From Zygnema circumcarinatum SAG 698-1b (lineage: Eukaryota; Plantae; Zygnematophyceae), in contig CM074808.1 of the NCBI GenBank assembly GCA_037447605.1, positions 3,658,001 through 3,722,000 of the forward strand: a stretch of 64,000 bases of DNA, read 5' to 3'. Shown here piece after piece: positions 36,986 to 48,280 of this stretch. A model generated the notes under the pieces. The model made no database searches. It was not told where the DNA came from and worked only from the letters and a program-made list of their open reading frames with translations. The translations under genes were made by a program, and so were the position numbers. Within the stretch, counting starts at the first letter, position 1. Each line of letters starts with the position of its first letter.

Positions 36986-37351
36986 TACGGTAGGGCCCAC
37001 CGACCGTTTCCGTACTGTGAAATTTAGTAATGTTTGCGGCTTCAAATTCCGCACAGAAATAATTTCTAAAACGTTATCCCTTTTTTGGACGCGACATGAC
37101 CGCAACGAAGCGACATAGAGCCGCAGTTTTAGTCGGCTCCCCGTTAGTCATTTTTAACTAACGATCCCTTTTTAACCATGGCAACCCTAACCAGGTAGTT
37201 ATTCAGTTAGTCACTAACAAACCAGTTCCTGCCTAATGGTTAGTCACGAACGAAATCCAATGTGGAGTCTGAAATTAAGGGCCATCGCCCTCTACCTTTT
37301 CCCCCGAACCTATTTCCCAAACATGGCCCAAAATCCTATTTACCCTAAACC

Positions 37352-40231
37352 TTAGAAAGCTTCTGCCTTAGTCATGAAAGCCATGATTTTGTTGAACACG
37401 TCGGGGACGACGGAGTCGCTCATGAGCAAGTCGAGGTGGGCGTACTTTGGGAGGACCAATTGTTGGGGGGCGGTCCCGTACGCGCTCGCGAGGCGGTACA
37501 CGTCGAGGGGGGCCGACAGCAGGTCGCGGCCGCCGCTCACAATTAGGGTTTGCAGGGAGGGGGGGATGCGGGCGAGGGCGTAGAGGGGAGGGGGGTCCGA
37601 CCCGTAAGCCGCAATGTTGGCGGGGCTGCTCAAGCGGTCGAGCCTTCTGAATGTGGAGGTGCGGATGGCTGCAGCAGCACCAACAGGCTTTTGATTCCAT
37701 GGTTTAGAAGCAGAGGAAGAAGAAGGAGAAGAGGGTTTAGGAGGAGGGAGGAAGGAGAAGAAGATGGTTGAAGAAGGAGAAGGGTAGTTGAAGCATATCG
37801 CTGACTCTTTGAGAAGTATGAGAGTTCAGGTGACGGTGAAGGAAGAGTCAGAGTTTGGGCAAGTGCGCTGTATGACTGGCCTTGCTGAAAGTGGAGCAGA
37901 TTCCGGTATGAAGCAACCGCCCAGTTCAAGTTCACTCCCTCTCCAAATGAACGAGCACTTGCTTCGGAAACGCAGCAGTTGGGTCCTTCATGCAGAATGG
38001 AATCAAAATACCAAATTCGTTTTACGCAGCAGAAATAACCGAAGCGGCAGCATTGCGTGTATAAACAAAGTTGAAAAGAGGTGGTAGTATATTCATCCTT
38101 GTATTCTGCTTCAAAGAATAGGGAACTACGACAGGCAGTAATTATGCAAACGTTGTACCTGTGATATTCTGAACCGTACTGACTGAATCAGCTTCTGAGC
38201 TGGCGCTGATTCTCCAGCTGGAAAAAGGCAACAGGAGCAAAGAAACAAAAAAAGGCTCATCTTTACTCTCACTCCCTCCCATGCCAAGGAAAGCAGTCAT
38301 CTGCTTTTTAATGCCCCGAGGGAAAAGGGACGTGCAAATGTAGGGAGAACTAGCAATCAGGACCTCTATCTTGCTGCATCTCCTTCAAGCCAAGCTCTTT
38401 TTAGGGTTTGCAGAGCACGGAATCTGCATGTGGATACTCAGTCAACGGCCGCCTCGCTTATAGGGGATTTAGTTGTTTCTTTCTTTTCCAATTTTCTTAC
38501 CAAAGTTCTTTCATATATACCTTGAGAGGAATTGGAGTGTTATGCGCACCTAGTGCTGTTGAACAAGCCGTTGAAGAGGCGCAATTGGTAAAAAATCTGT
38601 CCAAAAACCACCTCTGCTTTTTGAAGTCAGTCATTCCTTCTGTTAATTTCAACATCCTTTGTCAATGAAACACACGTTCACGCCTGCATTCAGATGCATA
38701 CGGTGATGCCAAGTCGTGTCAATCCCTTCACCAAAGAAACCCTAAATCTGAGATCCTGTGAACCCTAATCCATCTGAACCACCACACGCATCTTCATGGT
38801 CTAAACGCGGATGATGCGCAAACCTGATCCCATGTGACGATGCTCCCGTTCGCCCATTGTATGAGCGTAGGCGAAATTGTGTTCCCAAGATAAGTCAATG
38901 GAGCGATAAGAACAGATGAAGCGATGTTTTCCGCAGCCCATGTTGGGTTTCCTGCAGCAAGTGCAACAGGCAGCATCGCTCCCTGCAAGTAACACTAAAA
39001 GTACACTTAGATTTATGGGCTTTGATGTTATTCAAACCCTAATTTTCTTTGGGTTCAATGATTTCACTTCAAGAAATACATGCACACCCTAAGACATTGA
39101 CTTTGCAGGAAACGGCACCTGGTTGAAGCCGACTAGGTGAACACGATTTGCGCCAGCGATCGACTTCACGAGACTCACTGCAGCAGGAATGTCTATGGCG
39201 GCTAATTGGTCGTAATCAAAATCCCAAAAATCCTGCGAGGAATCCCAAATCTCAGAAATTGGGTATGTCCAGACCTATGCCATGATTCATTCTCTGAAGT
39301 GAAACAACAACTAGGAGCGGAGTCACTACGTTCTTGACTCTTCGTTGCAACTCGAAACAGGTTACGAAACTTTCCATATTCTACTTTTCACCGGAAATCA
39401 GTGGATTATGATTATGATGCGATGGAGACATAGAATAGATGAAGGGAGGAGAGGGTGGGAGAGGGGGCGAATCAACATACAAATTCAGTGCGTGAGAGGT
39501 TGATATGGTCGGGAGAGTGTTCAGTTCCGCGGTGGTTTATCATCCACACCTCGTACCCTGCATTGGAGAGAAGGAACGGAAGTCTTGTATTGGGAGGAGG
39601 CCCAAGAAACCACAAGTCGGAGTCGAAGAAGACGGCGTGGTCGAGGAGGACTGGGAGGTGACCTGCATAACCCGGGAAAGGGAGCATTCTTTCACGTTAA
39701 GTGTTCAGGTCTTGCTAATGTGATATCGATCAAGAGTATCTGTAGCTAGAGAGGCTTTTTTGTATTGCGTAACGAATTGAATGTGGTCATGGAGAGAGTC
39801 TAAAGGTTAGTTTTTGTATTTACCAATTGCATTGGTCTGTGTCTGAGGGCTGATCCTCTGCAAGTTCAAGATGTAGCCATCGTAAGTTGTAGTCTGCGGA
39901 CACGAGTGGGGAAAGGCCCAGTTTAGGCATTCGTCATTGAAGGATATAAACTTAAAACCCGAGCAGATAGATATGTACAAGGCATTGAAGCTTTACTAGA
40001 TTTTCTATGTTTCAGCCACTTTTTGCTAATGACTGCACAGGTAGCATGCAGCGAATCCATTAATGAGGGCATGCATACAGAGAGAACGCCGCTTGCCTGA
40101 TGTTCCGCGCATGCATATCCGTTCACTGTGACGTATCGTCCGCAGAAATCGGTTTCTGCAACGGTTATCAGAGCACAAAAGAACAACGAAAAGAACGCCA
40201 CAAGGAGCACCATAAACGCCGCAGCTGCCAT
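37352..40231 (-). CDS. Acid/gastric-type triacylglycerol lipase-like protein A (alpha/beta hydrolase), nucleophile Ser replaced by Asn
   Basis: Signal peptide; TTYDGYILNLQRI; PVLLDHAVF; LSNAGYEVWMINHRGT; FWDFDYDQLAAIDIPA; HLVGFNQ|GAML; RNLLHFQQ; GGRDLL; YAHLDLL. Two GC-AG introns. Confidence 0.88.
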
Positions 40232-40958
40232 GTCTATCAAAATGTTGCAATCTGCCCTTTCATTTTCCTCCACGTTCCCAAAAGGCGGCATTACAAAACA
40301 GAGAAAACATCCGCTCATCTGCCTCAAGACCACGTTCAAGACTGTTCCTTTCATTCCTGGCGGCGCAGATTGGACGGCTGTCACAGGCCGTCACGTCGAC
40401 GCCGATTTGCCGACCGGCGATGTCACCCGGCCTCGGCTCCGCTGTGAAGGTACCGTTTCGTACGCTGGGACCGTATGGATGAAGGTACTGTACGGAAGCA
40501 TGGATCGGCTGTTCGGTTGTATTGAACAATACAGGGCCACGATGTTCCGTGTACGTAGTTGTGTAACAGAAAACGGGAACATAGAACGGACCCAAAAGGC
40601 CCAAAAAAAGTTGAAGGCATGCGCTTATTCGTCATCGAACAACATCGGCGATCCATGCAAGCAGTTCGGGACGAGCTCCAACTTTCAAGTTCATGAACTG
40701 ACAAGCTTCTTGAAGGAAAGACGAAGTTTACTCCATGTCTTATCTCGAAGAACGTTTGAAATAAGGAAATATCCAATTTCCAATATTAAATGGAACAAAT
40801 ACAAACCTCTTAGGGGAGCGTGTTCATGGGCTGGAAGCTTGAAAACCGTACTCATACAGAAGACAAGAAGCCCATTTTGTAAAGTCTAAATAGTATTGTA
40901 GTAGGACGTTCTATTGCCTCTCAACGGTTTCTCAATTCTTCTTTCATTCAAGCCCCTT

Positions 40959-43900
40959 TTAAGAACCCAAGAAATCTATGATTGGGTTGTACACATCTGC
41001 CACGATCGAGTCGCTCATTTGAAGATCAAAATGAGCATATTCCGAAAGGAACAATTGTTGTGGAGCAGTGGCATATGCGCCCATGAGCTTGTTCACATCC
41101 GCGGGTGCGCACAGCCAATCATTGCCGCCGCTCACAATGAGCGTCCTTATGGTCGACGGAATGTTCCCAACTTCGTATGATGGGGGCGATATCTGTCCGT
41201 AGGCTCCAAGGTTTGAGAAAAGATTCAAACGGTCCCAGCTTTGAAAAGTTCCAGTTCGAATGGCTGCCACAAAACAGCTCAGTTCAAGTGTTTAAGCTCT
41301 AAGGTTGATAACCATAAACGATGTAAATCTTGATAACAAGATCTTGATCTTGATCTTTATCTTGATATCTTGATCTTGATCTTTATCTTGATATCTTGAT
41401 CTTGATCTTGATATCTTGATATCTTAATTGCAAGTGGCAAAGCGTCAGCGTAGTAATTCATATATAGAGATTATGGGCCCTTTCTTGTATAAAATTCGAC
41501 CTTACCTTGTTGATAATGTATGAGATTGCGCTCACTGGCGACTGACCAATTTAGATCAAGTCCCGCATTGAGTGATTGCGCACTCGCTTCCGAAAAACAG
41601 CAGTTGGGTCCTAGTCACGGAGTAACAACATTGAAGAATTGGTTAGCAAAGTACGCTTAAAATAGTCATCTCTTCAATATAGAGCCAATGGCAACAGAGG
41701 AACAGGGACTTCATTTACCGGTAACATTCTGAATGGTGTTCCTTGTTTCCGTTGGATCGCCGCCGGACCCGTTCGCTCCAACACTGCTCAAGAGGATACT
41801 CCAACTGCACACAAAGTATAGTGAATCCAAAATTTCAGAATTGGCCACACTCGGTATAGTTTATTCAATCACAAAAATAGGAGCGCTTTGCGTTTCTTCG
41901 AGTGCATGACAAGAATTTCAAAAACCACTTTCTACGCGAGACATGCGTTGACCATCTTAGAGGCATTACAGCATCGCATGGAGCATCAATGGCAGGAAAA
42001 AAGCCATGCATGGTCCAGTCAGTCAAGCTGAGTAAACAGCTTTCTAAAAACCCTAAAAGGGGCGAGGACGGGGGCGTTTTGCGGCTCAAGGAAAAGTGGC
42101 AACCCGTGGCGGGTGCGGGCTCGCGCGTTGGCACTTTTCCTTCGCCGTTTACACTGCCCGAATCAGTCAGATTTGGCCAAATCTGGTAAAATAAGCACGG
42201 TTTAGGTCGAGTTTCACGCACAATGAGCAGAAACGAAGTGCTTCTATGCTTCACGTGCTGCATGGTTTCACTAGCCAGCGGAAGCAGCTGCATTTATGTA
42301 TACAGGTATTCCTCTATGCCTCAATATTCCGTAGCACAGAATGGAGGCTCACTCTGTGATATTGAATTCGCCATGGAACACTCCCAACTGGTAAAAGATC
42401 TGCGTAGTCATGAAAAAGGAAGGAGGAGTAGTCAGCATTTGGTTCATACTCAGATCTAGTTAAAGTGAACGGAAGATTTATGCAAAATCTGGAGCCCGGG
42501 TACTGCTATTTTGAGGAAAGTGAAGACCTGATCAAGTGTGATAGCTGAGGAATTGGCCCATTGTATGATGGTCGGTGACGTTACGTTTCCAACAAAAGCC
42601 AATGGAGCTATGAGGACGGATGACGCAATGGTTTGTACAGCCCATGCCGGGTAGCGGGCAGCGAGAGCTATGGGTAGCATGGCTCCCTGCATGAGTGCAT
42701 GCCATGGCTACTCAGGGTTTAAGGGTCGCTCTCACGTGCCAACTTTGATCACAGTAGCCTGACTTCCGAGATTTTACTTCCTTTAGACGTTACCTGATTA
42801 TAGCCGACTACGTGGAGGAGGCTGGCCTTTGTGGTAGACTTCACGAAATTTGCTACTTCTTGGAGATCGATGGTAGCCAATTGATCATAGTCAAATTCCC
42901 AAAAGGCCTGCAAAGGAATGCCACGCCGGATTTCGTCACACCAGCTCTTTTAAAAGCTACTCTCAAGGAGTAAGGTGCAGCTTAAACATGCCTAGCAATT
43001 TCAGGCTATCGTCTGTATATATGGGAGCTTAAACCAACATCGAATGCAACCCCTGATTAACGCAACCAGGCATTGCATCTTTCATTCCCGTACCACAAGA
43101 TCAAGACATCACGATTTCAAGCAGAATCAGACTTAGGGCTATGAATGAATAGTGAAGTTATGCAACGCCAAGCCTCTCGAATGCTTACAGAGTCAAGCAC
43201 CGTCAGGTTGACATGGCCGGGCGAATATTTTGTTGCGCGATGGTTTATCATCCAAACGTCGTAGCCGGCATTGGAGAGGAGGAATGGCAGCCTTGTGGTA
43301 TAGGCAGGGCCGAGGAACCATAACTCAGCCCCATAGAACACAGCGTGGTCGAGGAGAACTGGGAAACGGCCTGCCAGGCCAAGGGAGGGTCGACCACTAT
43401 GCTTTCAGATTTATTTATCAGGAAAGTGATCTGAATCGCTTTTACGAAAGGGGAAATTTGAGAAGTGGATGCTGAAAAGTCTGAAATTCCTAAATCTCAT
43501 TCACCTCAAAAGCTGCATGACCGTTTATTAGGTACAAATATCACGGAAAATGAAGAAAGGATGCGTTGGCTGAACATAACAACACGTGTTTTAATCCTTG
43601 CACAATCTGTAAGCATGCGCAACGCTACCTGTAACATGAGCATTGTTTTTAGGACTGATTCTCTGCAAGTTCAAGATGTACCCATCGCTTGTCGTGACCT
43701 GCATGCGCAAATTGGATGCGTGGTGGAAGTAGAAAAAAATGAAGAACATGTCAATAATCTGGGCTTTTATTGAACGTTTTTTTTTTTTTTTTTGAAAATG
43801 ATATGATTAGAGACGCCACGGTCATTTAGAAACTGCATGAGCACGTCCGAATGTATGTAAGCGCAACGATCGAGTACTGAGAATGGCTAAGTGGCCTTCA

Positions 43901-44058
43901 AATTTTTGAAGATGGCTCACCTGACATTCTTTGCATGAGTATCCATGAACCGTAATGTAAGCTTCGCAAAACCCCGTGTCTGCCTTAGTCAGCTTTGCGA
44001 CAAGGAGCGTGGAACAGAATGGTAATAAAAGGAGCAACGAGAGCTTCATAGCGCCCAT
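40959..44058 (-). CDS. Acid/gastric-type triacylglycerol lipase-like protein B (tandem paralog), nucleophile Ser replaced by Asn
   Basis: Signal peptide; VTTSDGYILNLQRI; PVLLDHAVF; LSNAGYDVWMINHRAT; FWEFDYDQLATID; HVVGYNQ|GAML; RNLIHYQQ; GGNDWL; YAHFDL. Intron positions match copy A where checked. Confidence 0.88.
41341..41425. repeat. (ATCTTG)n-like microsatellite in a lipase B intron
   Basis: Repeated ATCTTG / ATCTTT units. Confidence 0.85.
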
Positions 44059-44642
44059 GGCTTCCCCGGATGATAAGAAAAAAATAAGTATTCAAACTGC
44101 AATCAATGCGCTGACTGTGGCATCAGAAGCTAATATTAGCCCAGCGCAAAATAAAAATTTCTATGGGAAAAACCTCACCGATTAGTGCTATTGTTACATA
44201 ATTGCAGAATGGCTTACTTGAAATGTTCACGGCTGGTTCAGACCTCGCCCGCCCGCCTGCTAGCGCCGCCGGCAGACTGCAACTGACTGACCTCCATGCA
44301 GGCCGCCGGCCTCATGTAGAACTGCCGGCCAGCCCCGTCCGTCGTCCGTCCTTTTTGACGGCCCCGTTGGCCTCCCCGCCGGCCGTCTGGTCGCCGTCTC
44401 CTTTCCGGCCGTCAGGTCGCCCGTTATTCCCGACTGCGAAACCACGAGCCTTGGGTGACCGATTTACGGAACTGTAACAAGCACAGCATGGTACGGTTTT
44501 CTCTCACATGTGAAGGCTACATGTGTACGGTCTGTCGATTGACCGCCTGAGAGGAGTCGGTGACATCGGTGACCTTCGCGGCTGCTTCTAGGGGCTGTAT
44601 TGTTGCGCCTAGGCGTAGTTTTCCGCTCTTAGCTTTTATCTT

Positions 44643-44964
44643 GGAGAACTATATACCGCCCCCTTTTTTTGGTTATCCCGCCACTGTTTTTTTGAAATCC
44701 GACCCTCCCATTTCGGCTATTCTGCCCCCCTCCCCCATTTTGGATATTTCGGCAGGAGATCGCCCCCCTGTTTTGAACATTTCTTTCCCGCCCCTCCCGT
44801 CCTCTCCCCTCCCCTCCCCTGCCCACCCCTCCCTTCCCTTCTTCCTCTCGGTTTGCGAGTTTTTCTATATTTAGGAACTTTTTATTCTCTTTTTATCCTT
44901 TTTCTTTTGGTGGGTGTGAAGCTCTGTCATGATGTAATGGTTGGCTTGCTTGCTTGCTCTCTCT

Positions 44965-44996
<32 letters not shown>

Positions 44997-45172
44997 CTCT
45001 AGTCTTTCTCTCCCCTCCTCTCTCTCCTCTGCTCAGTCTTTCTCTCCCCTACTCTCTCTCCTTTGCCTCTCTCTCACTTCTCTCTCCCTTTGCTCTCTCC
45101 TCTGCTCATTCTCTCTCTCCTTTGCTCTCTCCTCTGCTCATTCTCTCTCTCTCCTCTTCTGCTCTCACTCTG

Positions 45173-45224
<52 letters not shown>

Positions 45225-45347
45225 CTCTTCTGCTCTCACTCTGCTCTCTCTCTCTCTTTCTCTCTCTCTCTTCTCTCTCCTTTGCTCTCTCCTGTAGTCT
45301 CTCTCCTCTTCTGCTCTCACTCTGCTCTCTCTCTCTCTTTCTCTCTT

Positions 45348-45381
<34 letters not shown>

Positions 45382-45733
45382 CTTTGCTCTCTCTCCTCTA
45401 GTCTTTCTCTCCTCTACTCTCTCTCCTTTGCTCTCTCTTGTGCTCTCTACTCTAGTCTCTCTCTCCTTTGCTCTCACTCCTTTGCTCATCTCTCTCTCCT
45501 TTGCTCTCACTCCTTTGCTCTCTCCTCTGCTCTCTCCTCTGCCTCTCTCTCTCCTTTGCTCTCACTCCTCTGCTCTTTCTCTCTCTCTCTATCTCTCTCT
45601 CTCCTCTCTCTCTCGCTCCTTTCCTCTCTCTCTCTCTCTCTCTCTCTCTTTCCGCTCTCTCTCCTGTAGTCTCTCTCCTCTCTCTCTCCTTTGCTCTCTC
45701 CTGTAGTCTCTCTCCTCTTCTGCTCTCACTTTG

Positions 45734-45782
<49 letters not shown>

Positions 45783-46205
45783 CTTTGCTCTCTCTCCTCT
45801 AGTCTTTCTCTCCTCTACTCTCTCTCTCTTTCTCTCTCTCCTTTGCTCTCACTCCTCTGCTCATTCTCCCTCTCCTTTGCTCTCTCCTGTGCTCTCTACT
45901 CTAGTCTCTCTCTCCTTTGCTCTCACTCCTCTGCTCATTCTCTCTCTCCTTTGCTCTCTCCTGTGCTCTCTACTCTAGTCTCTCTCTCCTATGCTCTCAC
46001 TCCTCTGCTCACTCTCTTTCTCTCCTTTGCTCTCTCTCTCGAACGTTGCGCTGATGTGTGAGAAGGAGAAAACGGGAGGGAAATTTCCAAAATAGGGGGG
46101 GCGGGATATTTCAAAACAGGGGGCAGAATAGCCGAAATGGGAGGGTCGGATTTCAAAAAAACAGTGGCGGGATAACCAAAAAAGGGGGGCGGTATATAGT
46201 TCTCC
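44643..46205. mobile_element. Non-autonomous MULE-like element (TIR about 90 bp, 8-bp TSD TTTATCTT) filled with a CT-rich simple repeat
   Basis: GGAGAACTATATACCGCCCCC...GGCTATTCTGCCCCC at the left matches the reverse complement at 46118-46205. TTTATCTT at 44635-44642 and 46206-46213. Interior about 44945-46040 is a CT/CTCCTTTG repeat. Confidence 0.85.
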
Positions 46206-46312
46206 TTTATCTTTTGTGCTTAGGTCCTTTGAGACCAGTCCATCGTGGTTCCACATGCTACTTTTGTTCATGTACATTTGATGGCCTCGCCATCGTGAGT
46301 TCAATACCATTT
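46206..46312 (+). repeat. Copy 3 of the 100-bp dispersed repeat (target of the MULE-like insertion)
   Basis: Matches 36395-36497; its first 8 bp are the TSD of 44643-46205. Confidence 0.75.
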
Positions 46313-47439
46313 TCTCATTAATTTTCTTTCCTTCAATGGGGTGCTGACTGTCTCTATGCAGTTGAAATTGAAGCAGCGAATCAGGAGACGCCACGTCAGA
46401 CCCTGGATTCACACGGGAGCCCCTCATGTTGGCCATGTCATGTGGCATGCATCATGGCACATGTGCATACCCGTTATACCCCATTTAGACCCGTCCAAAA
46501 TAATTATAAAAACAGCCTGCAGTCTTTTCAAGCCAGAGAGCCGTTACTGCGGGCGGCAAGGGATGCGCTACGTGACAAAACGTCCCTGTGGATGCGACAG
46601 ATGTAACGTGAAATTTTGTCGTATTCGTCTTTCAGTTTTACCTACGTGGCTCGATCTCCGCCATCGAAGCTCAACGCGCTTTTTCGAGGTGAAATCAAAA
46701 CCGTCATTTCAATTTTTTCGTAACAGTAAAAAGCTTCGATTAAGACCCAAATAGAAAGATCCAATTTATAGTTTGTCGTGTTGTGTGCGGACCTGATCAC
46801 CGGCCTTGACTGATATTGACCTTTATTGACGGAGATTGACATTTTTGTCTTTTTATCTTGCTGTATGTACGGATAACCTTGTACCGTATCCAGCATTTGT
46901 CGGCAAGCTTCAGCCCGTCCAAATAAATGTACGAAACGCTTCAGTAGCTGTACGGACCTGGTGGCGGCAGCTGGCGCGTGGCACATGCGCCACTCTCTCT
47001 GATTTTCGTACAAGTTCCGCAAATAACTTCATTTAAAAAAACAAAAAGAAATAAAAGAAATTGTCGATTTTCGTTCTGGCTTCCACATTTTCCACGTCAG
47101 CACTATCCACCTGCCCGCTTCAAAAAACTCCATCTTTCCTTTACCTCGTCCGCAGGAATCGACCAATGAATGTCCGTTTTGGTACGTGCGGAGTTTTTCA
47201 ATGGCCTTTGCTTTGTTAAAAAATGTTTTTTTTGCCCGGATCTCCCCGCGCCCAGAATTGTGATAATCTCCGAGCGGCTCTGGAGGGTTCCGGCGGTCAA
47301 AGGCCGCGCGTTGACCGTCAGCTTCCGCGCAAGCGATCGCCTGTCCGCTGTTCGATTCGCACGTGCGAGGAAGCAGCGCCGTCCGATGGCACCAGCGATC
47401 GGTGAAGGAGAGGGAACAGTCGATACGACAGCTGTCAGC

Positions 47440-48280
47440 CGGCGACAGAGGGGAAGGGGGGACGGGGGGCGGGAGAGGGAGCGGGAGAGGGGGAGAGGGA
47501 GAGGGAGAGGGGACGAGCGGGAGAGGGGGAGGGAGTGGGAGGGAGGGAGAGAGTGGGAGGGGGAGGGGAAAGGGGAGAGGGGGAGAGGGAGAGGGAGAGG
47601 GAGGGGGAGAGGGAGAGGGGGAGCTGGAGTGGGAGAGGGAGAGGGGGAGGGGGAGGGGGAGAGGGAGAGGGAGAGGGCAAGGGGAGGGATAGGGGCAGAG
47701 GGAGCGTGGGAAAAGAAGGAGAGTGCGCCTGCGGGAGAGGGAGAAAGAGAAAGAGGATAGGAAGGAGAAGCAAGAGGGAAAAAGTGGTAATGGTGAGAGT
47801 GGGAGGGCGGAGACGATGAGGGGGTAGGGAAGAAGCAGAGGGAAACCAGGGATCGCAAGAGAAAGGAGAAGAGGAGCAGAAGCGAGTAGAGGAGCAAGAG
47901 TTAAAGCCGGAGGAAGGAGCGGGAGAAGGGGCAGGAGCGAGCGGGAGAGAGAAGAAGCGACCCGCGAGAGCAAGCGGGAGCGGGAGGAGGTACGATAGTT
48001 GGAACAGGAGCGAGCGTGCGAAAGGGAAAGTGCGGGCGCAGACGTGGGAGTGGGAGTAAGAGCGAGTGATCGAGGGGGAGGGAAAGAGGGAGAGGAGTAA
48101 CAGGGGAACAGGGGAGAGCGGGAGTACCAGTGAAGCAGGAGGAAGCGGGATCGAAAGGAGAGAGCGGGTGGGAGAGAGGGAGCGGGTGCAGGTGCGAAGG
48201 GGCCGCACAATCGTGAGCGAAGAAGAGAGTCAACGACCGACATAGGGACGACGGAGGGAGGGAGGGAGAGAGAGAGGACA
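47440..48280. repeat. Purine-rich (GA/GGA) low-complexity tract upstream of the kinase-like gene
   Basis: Strong strand-biased G/A composition, which produces several spurious ORFs. Confidence 0.85.

Noticed and set aside
44941-46061. Several long Leu/Ser-rich ORFs that look like membrane proteins
   Set aside because: Translations of the CT simple repeat inside the MULE-like element.
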